Shown: piece after piece, positions 28,186 to 35,003 of the stretch
Position numbering within the stretch: position 1 is the first letter of the stretch
Layout: each line of letters opens with the position of its first letter
Origin: a virus
Taxonomy: Duplodnaviria > Caudoviricetes
Length of the DNA stretch: 53,272 nt
Reading direction: 5' to 3' (one strand)
IMG/VR virus record: IMGVR_UViG_3300048837_000676
Span: 1 to 53,272 of that record
Translations under genes and position numbers: made by a program
The notes under the pieces: model-generated
The model's input: only the letters and a program-made list of their open reading frames with translations
Told to the model about the DNA's origin: nothing
The model's database searches: none

Positions 28186-28267
28186 GTCGGCGGGAACCTT
28201 TCCCGTCAACACCACTAATATGCCATAGATTTTACGGTATGCAAGCTAAAAGCCGTAAAAAGTACGG
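28186..28267 (-). promoter_or_regulatory. Cassette 1 promoter, paired operators and leader hairpin
   Basis: TTGCAT(28244-28239)-16 bp-CATATT; palindromes CCATA-N5-TACGG (28223-28237) and CCGTA-N5-TACGG (28253-28267); hairpin TGTTGACGGGAA-AGG-TTCCCGCCGACA. Confidence 0.7.
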
Positions 28268-28271
28268 TTTT

Positions 28272-28664
28272 TTATCCAAGTTCCTCGACCTGCAAAAAAA
28301 TACCGGGGGTGTCCGACCAGAACTTTTCGACCACCGAGCTGACCACCTGGGCGTCGTCCAACCAGTATCCGGCGTCGGTCATGCAGTCGTGCAGCAGCTT
28401 GGTCAGGTTGTCCACGTCGGGCTTGGTCTCTTTCCATTCCCCGTGCCGATGCTTGCCGGTCGCCGGGAATAGCCACTTCGCCACGCACCGCACAGGTCCT
28501 GTCGCCGGGGCTTCGGGTCTGTGCCGCCCTAGGTGCGCCATCAGCTTCGCCCTGGCATCCTTGAGGGCCGGGGGCTCGAAGAATACCGGCTTGCCTTTGG
28601 CTACGCGCACCTGCTTCTCCTGGTGCGTGGTCGTCGGCGGTTCCATCGCGAGGAAGACTTGCAT
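28272..28664 (-). CDS. rusA: RusA family Holliday junction resolvase
   Basis: PPT.THQ.K N-terminus and catalytic KPDVDNL.K.L.D.M....W.DD.QV motif. Confidence 0.9.
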   Translation of the reverse strand: MQVFLAMEPPTTTHQEKQVRVAKGKPVFFEPPALKDARAKLMAHLGRHRPEAPATGPVRCVAKWLFPATGKHRHGEWKETKPDVDNLTKLLHDCMTDAGYWLDDAQVVSSVVEKFWSDTPGIFLQVEELG

Positions 28665-28916
28665 CAGACATTTCTCCCGTCGAACCGGTCTTCGGTCCGG
28701 TTGTAGCCGACATGGACGGACACACCGTCCAGCCGTCCAGCCGGGTGAACCACTTTGCGATACACGGTCCATGTCATATTCTTCCGTCGCTCCCTGTTTT
28801 GAGAAATGCCGGGATGTCCTTGGCCTTGCGGGTCAGGGGTGGCCGCTATAAGAGGCCGGGGTAGGTTTCGGCGAGCTTGTGAGCCGGAACCCCCCCTTAT
28901 CCGCAAGGACTTGACC

Positions 28917-29117
28917 GAAGGGAAAAAGATACTATCTCGTAAGAGATAGTAGTTTTCCTTCCCTCGGGAAAAAGCTAGTACGGTTTTCCCTTCCCTCTGT
29001 TTCGCGAGGGAAAAAGCTAGTATTTTCTTCCCTTTCCCTTGGGAAATTGGGAAAAAGCTAGTGTTTTCCCTTCCCTGGCTAGTGATATGGAAAAATTGGG
29101 AAAACACCTATTTTCCC
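28917..29117. repeat. Iteron-like array, probable replication origin
   Basis: GGGAAAAAGCTAGT at 28966, 29008 and 29049 (42 and 41 bp spacing), each followed by TTTTC(C/T)..CCC; perfect hairpin TACTATCTC-GTAA-GAGATAGTA at 28930-28951; AT-rich. Confidence 0.7.
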
Positions 29118-29296
29118 TCCCGTTCGAGGATAGCGGCGAGGGCGATGATCTCCCCCTCGCGGACGGGTGCGTCGCCTGACAGCCGCTTCTGGACGCTGGA
29201 CTTCGAGAGGCCCAGGCGGTCGGCAATGGCCTGCTGATTCAGGCCCTGCCGCTTCGCGATCCGGCAGAGACGGGTAAACTCTCTAATGGTGTTCAT
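29108..29296 (-). CDS. Small HTH (XRE/Cro-like) regulator, Aca-like position, cassette 2
   Basis: LNQQAIADRLGLSKSSVQKRLSG HTH; paralogue of 26983-27180. Confidence 0.8.
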   Translation of the reverse strand: MNTIREFTRLCRIAKRQGLNQQAIADRLGLSKSSVQKRLSGDAPVREGEIIALAAILEREGK

Positions 29297-29311
29297 GTGC
29301 GTGTCTCGTGG

Positions 29312-29337
29312 TTGGGTCGGGTGGCAGTCCCCGGCTC
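29312..29337 (-). repeat. Intergenic hairpin repeat, copy 2 (loop GACTGCCA)
   Basis: GAGCCGGG-GACTGCCA-CCCGACCC. Confidence 0.65.
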
Positions 29338-29338
29338 G

Positions 29339-29662
29339 TTATGCGTGTGACGCTTCTCGGGGAAGTTGGCGACCGACATAGGTCGTGGCAATGACTGCGG
29401 CAGACCACGCCTCGGAAAAAAACCGATCACCCCACTTCGAGAGCAGGGCGTAACGACGGAACGAATCAGGCACGGCACACTGGTAGGGACCGAGCGTAAC
29501 GATCCCACCGCGCGGGTGCTTCCAGGACAGAACAGTCCCCTCGGAAATTACTTGCGCCCAAAGCCGTGTGCGCTCGTCTAGGGTATTGGCGCGGGCTTTT
29601 GCTTCATCGGCGAGCATGTTAATCAAAACGGCACTAGTGCGAGAGTATGCAGCGTGCCCCAT
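29339..29662 (-). CDS. Hypothetical protein, cassette 2 (anti-defence candidate)
   Basis: AAGGA RBS; 107 aa ending EAWSAAVIATTYVGRQLPRE. Confidence 0.7.
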   Translation of the reverse strand: MGHAAYSRTSAVLINMLADEAKARANTLDERTRLWAQVISEGTVLSWKHPRGGIVTLGPYQCAVPDSFRRYALLSKWGDRFFSEAWSAAVIATTYVGRQLPREASHA

Positions 29663-29683
29663 GTTTGTTATCCTTGGCTGGCT

Positions 29684-29707
29684 GGCCGGTGGCTGTCCCG
29701 GCCCGGT
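29684..29707 (-). repeat. Intergenic hairpin repeat, copy 3 (loop GACAGCCA)
   Basis: GGCCGG-GACAGCCA-CCGGCC. Confidence 0.65.
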
Positions 29708-29715
29708 CTAGATGA

Positions 29716-29931
29716 CTAACGGTCGGACTTGGCGACGACTTGCAGCCCATGCACTTTGACGGTCCATCCGTTGCACCGGCTGGACTGGTATCCGCCACGG
29801 TTGGGTTCCTGCATCAATGCCCCCATGAGGGCGGTATCGATGTCGCTCAGGTCGCTGCCAGTGGCATCGATTACTTCAGCGGCGTGGAACTCGCGGCCTT
29901 CGGGGATTTGAAACTTGACGGTCTTTTTCAT
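29716..29931 (-). CDS. Hypothetical protein, first gene of cassette 2 (anti-defence candidate)
   Basis: TAAGGA RBS after the leader hairpin; 71 aa starting MKKTVKFQIPEG. Confidence 0.65.
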   Translation of the reverse strand: MKKTVKFQIPEGREFHAAEVIDATGSDLSDIDTALMGALMQEPNRGGYQSSRCNGWTVKVHGLQVVAKSDR

Positions 29932-29945
29932 CGTCGTTTTCCTTA

Positions 29946-30031
29946 GTTGTCGGCGGGAACCATTCCCGCCTACAACCAACAAAATAGCGTAAATATTATG
30001 CAATGCAAGCGAGAAAGCGGAATATTTACGT
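29946..30031 (-). promoter_or_regulatory. Cassette 2 promoter, paired operators and leader hairpin
   Basis: TTGCAT(30008-30003)-16 bp-TATTTT; palindromes GCGTA-N5-TATGC (29987-30001) and GCGGA-N5-TACGT (30017-30031); hairpin GTTGTAGGCGGGAA-TGG-TTCCCGCCGACAAC. Confidence 0.7.
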
Positions 30032-30071
30032 TTTTTTTTCCCGCCATTTTGGCACCCTACTCGGGGCGTGC

Positions 30072-30287
30072 TTACATGCCTTCCGTGTGTCCGCTGCGGA
30101 CATTCCTCCACCCCTTTCCTGGAATCCCATCCCCCATCTTCCTCTCGTACGCCTCCCGTTCATCCCACGCATTGTGAATGCAGACCGGCTCCCAACAGCC
30201 TGCATCCATCTCCACCACCGGATTACACGGGCACTCCGGAGTCGCGTCGTGGGGCTTGGCGTCGTTGGCCGGGATTACATGTATCAT
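30072..30287 (-). CDS. Small His/Cys-containing phage protein
   Basis: HVIP.ND..PH....C.C.P........IHNAWD.RE motif; coupled to the upstream gene. Confidence 0.6.
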   Translation of the reverse strand: MIHVIPANDAKPHDATPECPCNPVVEMDAGCWEPVCIHNAWDEREAYERKMGDGIPGKGWRNVRSGHTEGM

Positions 30288-30577
30288 CAGCGGCTCCAGT
30301 CGATCAGGCCAAGCGCATCGAGAGCACTGCGCAGGGCGGCGGCGTTGTAGATGGTGACTTTCCGGTCAGAGTCGCACGACACCCACGCGGAAAGCTCCCG
30401 CAGTCCGCGCCCGAAGGCAATGGCGCACCCGGGAGGGCCACCATTCGACGATGGGCGGTGTGATGCATCGTCCGGAAACACCAGACGAATCAGCGTGTGG
30501 TAGGAGATGCCGCTCCTGTAGTGCCTCAGAATTCGGCGCGCGGTCTTGGATGGCGGACGGTAGTCGGACTCGGGCAT
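30287..30577 (-). CDS. Hypothetical protein
   Basis: GAGG RBS; ..SSNGGPPGC..AF.R.L motif. Confidence 0.55.
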   Translation of the reverse strand: MPESDYRPPSKTARRILRHYRSGISYHTLIRLVFPDDASHRPSSNGGPPGCAIAFGRGLRELSAWVSCDSDRKVTIYNAAALRSALDALGLIDWSR

Positions 30578-30581
30578 TGGT

Positions 30582-30827
30582 TCATTCCTCTCTGCTGGTG
30601 GACTCGAACAGCGGCAACCCCGCGACGGACTTGTCCACCGGGCGCACGTCTGCCATCTGCCGGTTGACCTCGCTGCACCAAATCCGGTACGGGTGATAGG
30701 CCCGCTCGCCCCACGGGTAGGCGTCCCGCAGCGCCCGCCGGATTTCCTTCTCCGGTTCGCCCTTGTGTTCGGCAATCACCCGGTAGATGATTGGCTTTGC
30801 TTTGTCTCGCCATGTCATGTGTCTCAT
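30582..30827 (-). CDS. Conserved phage hypothetical protein
   Basis: TWR..A..II..V..........R.AL.DAYP.GER..HPY.IW..EV motif. Confidence 0.6.
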   Translation of the reverse strand: MRHMTWRDKAKPIIYRVIAEHKGEPEKEIRRALRDAYPWGERAYHPYRIWCSEVNRQMADVRPVDKSVAGLPLFESTSREE

Positions 30828-31072
30828 TCGGTTTCCCTCCCGGTGATGGACGCCACGGTCAGCTCGTGGGCCTTGGCCTGGCAATCGTGGCACATGGCGT
30901 TTTCGGGGGCCGTGGCGTAGTAGGGGTTGGCGTAGGGATCGAAGGCGGGCTCGCGGTAGTGCCAGCGCTGGCCGCAGAGGGTCAGCCCGCCGCGCCGGGC
31001 CTCGCCGTCGCAGAGGTGGACGGGGCCGCCCGGCTCGATCCGGACCTCGAAGAATCGGCGGTAGCGGTTCAT
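30824..31072 (-). CDS. Small Zn-binding hypothetical protein
   Basis: H...TLCG...C..C motif; ATGA coupling. Confidence 0.55.
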   Translation of the reverse strand: MNRYRRFFEVRIEPGGPVHLCDGEARRGGLTLCGQRWHYREPAFDPYANPYYATAPENAMCHDCQAKAHELTVASITGRETE

Positions 31073-31227
31073 GGCCGTGCCCCCTTCCGCTCGACCTGCG
31101 CGGTCAACTCGGCGATCTGCCGTTCGAGCTCGCGCTGCTGCTCGCGGGCGGCCTCGATGTCCCGGTCCAGTTGCCGGATTCCGTTCCGCAGGATCGCAAT
31201 TCTCGTCTTGGCTTGCTCCTTGGTCAT
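31069..31227 (-). CDS. Small coiled-coil protein
   Basis: MTKEQAKTRIAILRNGIRQLDRDIEAAREQQRELERQIAELTAQVERKGARP; coupled to the next gene. Confidence 0.5.
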   Translation of the reverse strand: MTKEQAKTRIAILRNGIRQLDRDIEAAREQQRELERQIAELTAQVERKGARP

Positions 31228-31319
31228 CGCTCAGCCCTCGCCGTGGCAGCTCGCCGCCTCAAAGTCCGGGCATCCCGGCTGGTCTGCTTCCACCGGCCTG
31301 CATGTGATGTAGCCGTCCA

Positions 31320-32234
31320 TCATTCGTCTCCCTTCCGCGCCGGGGCGGCGTCGTCTTCGTTATCGTCCGCAAAAAGGAACTCGCCTTGGCATTGCAAACC
31401 ATCGTCGCGCCTCGCCCCGGAGAGCCACCATTCCCACATTGCATCCCCGCTGGCGAATGCGGCGGAGTACCGAGGCTTGCCGTCATTGCGCGGGACATCG
31501 TGCCACCGTTCCCAGAAGCGCACAATAGCCCGCTTCCACAGCGCCCGGTATCGCGGCCAGCGGTCAAACTCTCTGGCAACGCTATTTGGCCCTCCCATCG
31601 GGCATCCGACACATCCAAGCCGAGCAAATCCCTGGTCGTAAAGCTCGCAATATGGCAGCATCCGCTGGCGGATGAACTGCCAAACGTCTTCGTCCGTCCA
31701 GTAGCAGATCGGGCAGACAATGCCGCCGCCCCTTCGGTTAGGCACGTAGGTCCGCCACAGCTTGGCGCGGCGCGAGCTCTCGGCAACCCGAATCCCGATC
31801 AGCTTCATCCAGCCCCTGCCGCCGCCCTCTTTGAATTCCTCGCAGCACCACCGCGCGAGCCTCGTTGGTGGCCCGTTGCTTCGCCGCGCCAGGCGAGCAA
31901 AGAAGCTAATGGGTTGCCTAACCCACTCCACATCCGGATGCTCGCGCTTGATGAAGCGCACAAGCTCCGGCGGGTCAATCGTGGTGACGCTGTAGGCGGC
32001 GTGGTATTTCACGCCCGCCATCTTGGCAAGCTCCAGCATCACACACGAATCCTTGCCGCCGGAAAACGCCAGCCAAAACCCGGCAGGATTCAGCGACAGC
32101 GCCATCGGCTCGTAGGCTCGGAGCGTGTCTATGGCCGTCTGGATTTTGGCCTCCAGCGGCAACGCCATAGCCTCGGCTACCATGTCGGCTTCGGTCTTTT
32201 CGTATCCCGGCAAAAGCATCTGGCTGGCCATCAC
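31320..32234 (-). CDS. Phosphoadenosine phosphosulfate (PAPS) reductase family protein
   Basis: PP-loop AFSGGKDS, TT.DPPEL, RWCC..FKE, GIR.AES..R, PI..WT..DVW and LYD.GF.RLGCVGCP. Confidence 0.9.
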   Translation of the reverse strand: MMASQMLLPGYEKTEADMVAEAMALPLEAKIQTAIDTLRAYEPMALSLNPAGFWLAFSGGKDSCVMLELAKMAGVKYHAAYSVTTIDPPELVRFIKREHPDVEWVRQPISFFARLARRSNGPPTRLARWCCEEFKEGGGRGWMKLIGIRVAESSRRAKLWRTYVPNRRGGGIVCPICYWTDEDVWQFIRQRMLPYCELYDQGFARLGCVGCPMGGPNSVAREFDRWPRYRALWKRAIVRFWERWHDVPRNDGKPRYSAAFASGDAMWEWWLSGARRDDGLQCQGEFLFADDNEDDAAPARKGDE

Positions 32235-32809
32235 TCGCCCCCCTTCCGCGCCGTGGCGGCGAGGGCAGCTTGAGCCCTGCTGGCCATCCCGTTCCAGTCC
32301 GGCTGACCTATGTTACCTGGCCGCTGTTTGGCGGCAAAAAACGCAAGCGGCTCCAAAACCTCCCGCAGCGCCTCGACCTGCTCCGCCAACTGGCGTGGGG
32401 AAAGGCCCGTCTTCTCGAATATGTTACTCGCTTCGTTGGCGATCATTGTACGTTTGCGGGCCAAATTCTCCCTGTCCTTCACAGCGTACGCGGGACCAAT
32501 ACGATCCAGCCTGTCCGCAATTTCATCGTCGATGCGGTACAGATGAATCTCAAAGGGTCCGCCATCAATGTCGCTCCCGCGTATGACATAAGGATGAACG
32601 TTCTCGCCCTTCCGCCAGATGTTTTCTCGGGTGATCGACAGAGCGCCCTTGGTGATTGTCGCGAGACAATCATACAGGTCATCCTGCCACAGTCCATGCG
32701 TCCACACCTCCGCCGCCTCCCCCAAGTCGGAGCTTTGTTTGATTGCGTGGGCAAGCAGAAAGGCTGTTTCATCGTCAAGATTGTGCTTTTTCCATGGAAA
32801 CCACTTCAT
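32231..32809 (-). CDS. Hypothetical protein
   Basis: GGAGG RBS; C-terminal TGLSPRQLAEQVE.LR motif shared with the next gene. Confidence 0.6.
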   Translation of the reverse strand: MKWFPWKKHNLDDETAFLLAHAIKQSSDLGEAAEVWTHGLWQDDLYDCLATITKGALSITRENIWRKGENVHPYVIRGSDIDGGPFEIHLYRIDDEIADRLDRIGPAYAVKDRENLARKRTMIANEASNIFEKTGLSPRQLAEQVEALREVLEPLAFFAAKQRPGNIGQPDWNGMASRAQAALAATARKGGE

Positions 32810-32810
32810 C

Positions 32811-33116
32811 TCACACCTCCAGTGCTTTGCACAGATCAGCAGCCAGACCGGGTAATCCACCAACTGCGCAGCGATGCGCCGCGTCCGCAATCACCGTGCG
32901 TAGGCGCTCGACCTGCGCCGCCAACTCGTGCGGGGACAGGCCGGTCGTGCGTGTCACGTTTTCTGCCTCCGCCAGCAGTCTCGCGGTTTCTTCGTGCCCA
33001 CAGGTGGCCACGCAAGCGCGAAACATTGAGCCGTCGGCCACTCCCCACACCCTTGCGGAAGTGTACCAGTTGGCTCGCCACGGGCCTGCTGGCAGTTTGC
33101 TCATATCAATGCCCAT
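32811..33116 (-). CDS. Hypothetical protein (PGPW-type phage family)
   Basis: AGPW N-terminus, A.L.AEA and TGLSPHELAAQVE.LR. Confidence 0.6.
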   Translation of the reverse strand: MGIDMSKLPAGPWRANWYTSARVWGVADGSMFRACVATCGHEETARLLAEAENVTRTTGLSPHELAAQVERLRTVIADAAHRCAVGGLPGLAADLCKALEV

Positions 33117-33207
33117 CGATCACCCCTCGCTTTCTTCGTCGTCACCGTTCGGCCATACGAGGTTGTCAATCCACAGAATCACAGCGACCAGTGCCTTGCG
33201 CCACATG

Positions 33208-33567
33208 TCACGCCTCCTTCCGCGCCGGGGCGTCGTCCGGAACTCGCATTCCAAAATGAAGCTGGGCGCAGACGCGGCAGAACCACACGCCGCAGTAGAG
33301 ACAGCGATAAGCGCGTACGAGGTACAGCCTGACCCCGCAACTGCCACAGGACACGGTGAGCGTTTGGCTTCCCGGCTGTTCGGAAATATCGGCCAACTGG
33401 CCGCGCATCCTGGCCCTAGCCAAAGCCCGCTCTTCGTCGCTGGCGTTGCTCTCGTATTTTGGCAGGTGTTGCAGTTCAGCCGAACGCTTGGCAGCGGTGG
33501 CGTCTGATTCCTCCACCGGAGGCAGATATGGCATGGTGTCGAGGGATACAAACTGTGCGTCCATCAC
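33208..33567 (-). CDS. Zn-finger hypothetical protein
   Basis: CGSC...YRCLYCG.WFC..CA..HFG. Confidence 0.65.
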   Translation of the reverse strand: MMDAQFVSLDTMPYLPPVEESDATAAKRSAELQHLPKYESNASDEERALARARMRGQLADISEQPGSQTLTVSCGSCGVRLYLVRAYRCLYCGVWFCRVCAQLHFGMRVPDDAPARKEA

Positions 33568-33740
33568 TCCGCCTCCTTAAGTTCGCCGTCGGCGTCCCGG
33601 TGCGCCCAGTCCGTCACGGCCCCGGCTGCGCGGGAAACCTGTTCGTCCGCCCACTCCGTCGCCATCGCGACGAAATAGAGCAGTCCGGATAGCACCAGTA
33701 GCAAAATCGCCAGCGGCCAAAATATGAAGTTGCGCCACAT
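33564..33740 (-). CDS. Small membrane protein
   Basis: GGAGG RBS; MWRNFIFWPLAILLLVLSGLLYFVAM TM helix. Confidence 0.5.
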   Translation of the reverse strand: MWRNFIFWPLAILLLVLSGLLYFVAMATEWADEQVSRAAGAVTDWAHRDADGELKEAE

Positions 33741-33741
33741 G

Positions 33742-34770
33742 TCACGCCTCCAATCTGTTGACCAGCTTCGCCAGCGCCCGGTGCGCATCCCGCTCGCGGG
33801 CCAGCTCGGCGCGGGCATCGCGCTCGTCGCTGCACGTGTCGGCGTAGGCCTTTTCCCATGCTTCGGCTTGCTCCCGCGCCTCGTCCCGCTCTTCGACCAA
33901 CTCGGCCAGTTCAGCAACGGCGGTTTCCGCGTCAGCCCGCGCCTTGTCCCGCTCGCCCATGACCCGCTCCAGGTCTTGCCGCAGCGCCTCCTGCCCGGTG
34001 CGGTAGTCCGCGATCTGCTGGTGCAAATTGCCTTCGCGCCCTTTCGCCCAAGTAAGTTCCTCACGCAATTTGTGCAGTTCGGTTTCGTAGACTTCGCATT
34101 GCTGGAGTCTTCCGGCAGACTCCAACTGCGCGTCCTCAATCTGCTGGCGGAGTTTGGCGCACTCCGCGCAGTCGCCCGGTTGGTCCGGCAAGATGATTCC
34201 CTTCCCCGGCCCGAAGGTGTTCGTGGCGGTCGGGACGGGGACGCACTTGGGCACACTCACGCCGTTGCCACACCGTATGCATTTCGTCTCGCATCCCGCC
34301 ATCCATGGCCCGAAGGTGTTCGTGGCGGTCGGGACGGGGACGCACTTGGGCACACTCACGCCGTTGCCACACCGTATGCATTTCGTCTCGCATCCCGCCA
34401 TCCATTCGTGCGGCCGAAGGTGTAGGCAGTCTTGGAACTGGCAGGATTCGCCATGCTCGCACCGCATCATCTTCGCGGGCTTGGCTGGCTCGGCGGCGAT
34501 GGGGACGCATTTGGCGTCGGGCTGGCCGAACGGAGCGCACGAGGTGGCGCAGCATCGCTCCTGCTCGTGGTCCTCCACATGCGTACAGCCGCCCGCCTCC
34601 TTGCACACGTCCGCCCTGTTGCAGCGGACCATGACAGGCTTGCCGTGGTCGATCAGGTCTTCGGCGGTGGAAATGTCCGCGCCATCGATCGGCACCGCGA
34701 CACCGTGGTAGCCGCAGCGCCGGCACGGCTGGCCGGCGGCGGTGAACGACTTGCACTTGGGGCATCTCAT
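33742..34770 (-). CDS. Cys-rich repeat protein with C-terminal coiled coil
   Basis: N-terminal CPKC/CRRC, repeated C..C..C.H...H..C..C..KCVP units, then a long coiled coil. Confidence 0.65.
   Translation of the reverse strand: MRCPKCKSFTAAGQPCRRCGYHGVAVPIDGADISTAEDLIDHGKPVMVRCNRADVCKEAGGCTHVEDHEQERCCATSCAPFGQPDAKCVPIAAEPAKPAKMMRCEHGESCQFQDCLHLRPHEWMAGCETKCIRCGNGVSVPKCVPVPTATNTFGPWMAGCETKCIRCGNGVSVPKCVPVPTATNTFGPGKGIILPDQPGDCAECAKLRQQIEDAQLESAGRLQQCEVYETELHKLREELTWAKGREGNLHQQIADYRTGQEALRQDLERVMGERDKARADAETAVAELAELVEERDEAREQAEAWEKAYADTCSDERDARAELARERDAHRALAKLVNRLEA
34208..34405. repeat. Exact 99-bp tandem duplication (33 aa)
   Basis: Two identical copies starting GGCCCGAAGGTGTTCG at 34208 and 34307. 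Confidence 0.9.
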
Positions 34771-34781
34771 TGGTCTGTCTC

Positions 34782-35003
34782 CTAAATGGTTTCCAGGTCC
34801 GCGCCAAAGCACGGCACCCGCCGCCCCTGGCTGTCCACAATCAGCAGGTCGCCGTCGCCGTCTTCGGTATGGTCCGGCACGATCTCGGCAATCACGCCGA
34901 TACGGCCCGCCAGACGGTGAGGGGGCTTGCTCCGGGTGATCCTTACCCGCATGCCGAGGCGGTAGACGGGGTTGAGGGACGTGTCGCAGGTGGGGTCGCT
35001 CAT
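34782..35003 (-). CDS. Small SH3/KOW-like protein
   Basis: YRLGMRVRI.......GRIGVI.EI pattern. Confidence 0.5.
   Translation of the reverse strand: MSDPTCDTSLNPVYRLGMRVRITRSKPPHRLAGRIGVIAEIVPDHTEDGDGDLLIVDSQGRRVPCFGADLETI

Noticed and set aside
28664-29107. 147-aa ORF across the repeat array
   Set aside because: The translation mirrors the repeats. At most the last 37 codons (from 28777) may be a real small gene.
28917-29117. Possible mini CRISPR array
   Set aside because: The repeats are only 14 bp, the intervening sequences resemble each other and are low complexity, and there are no cas genes. It fits iterons better.
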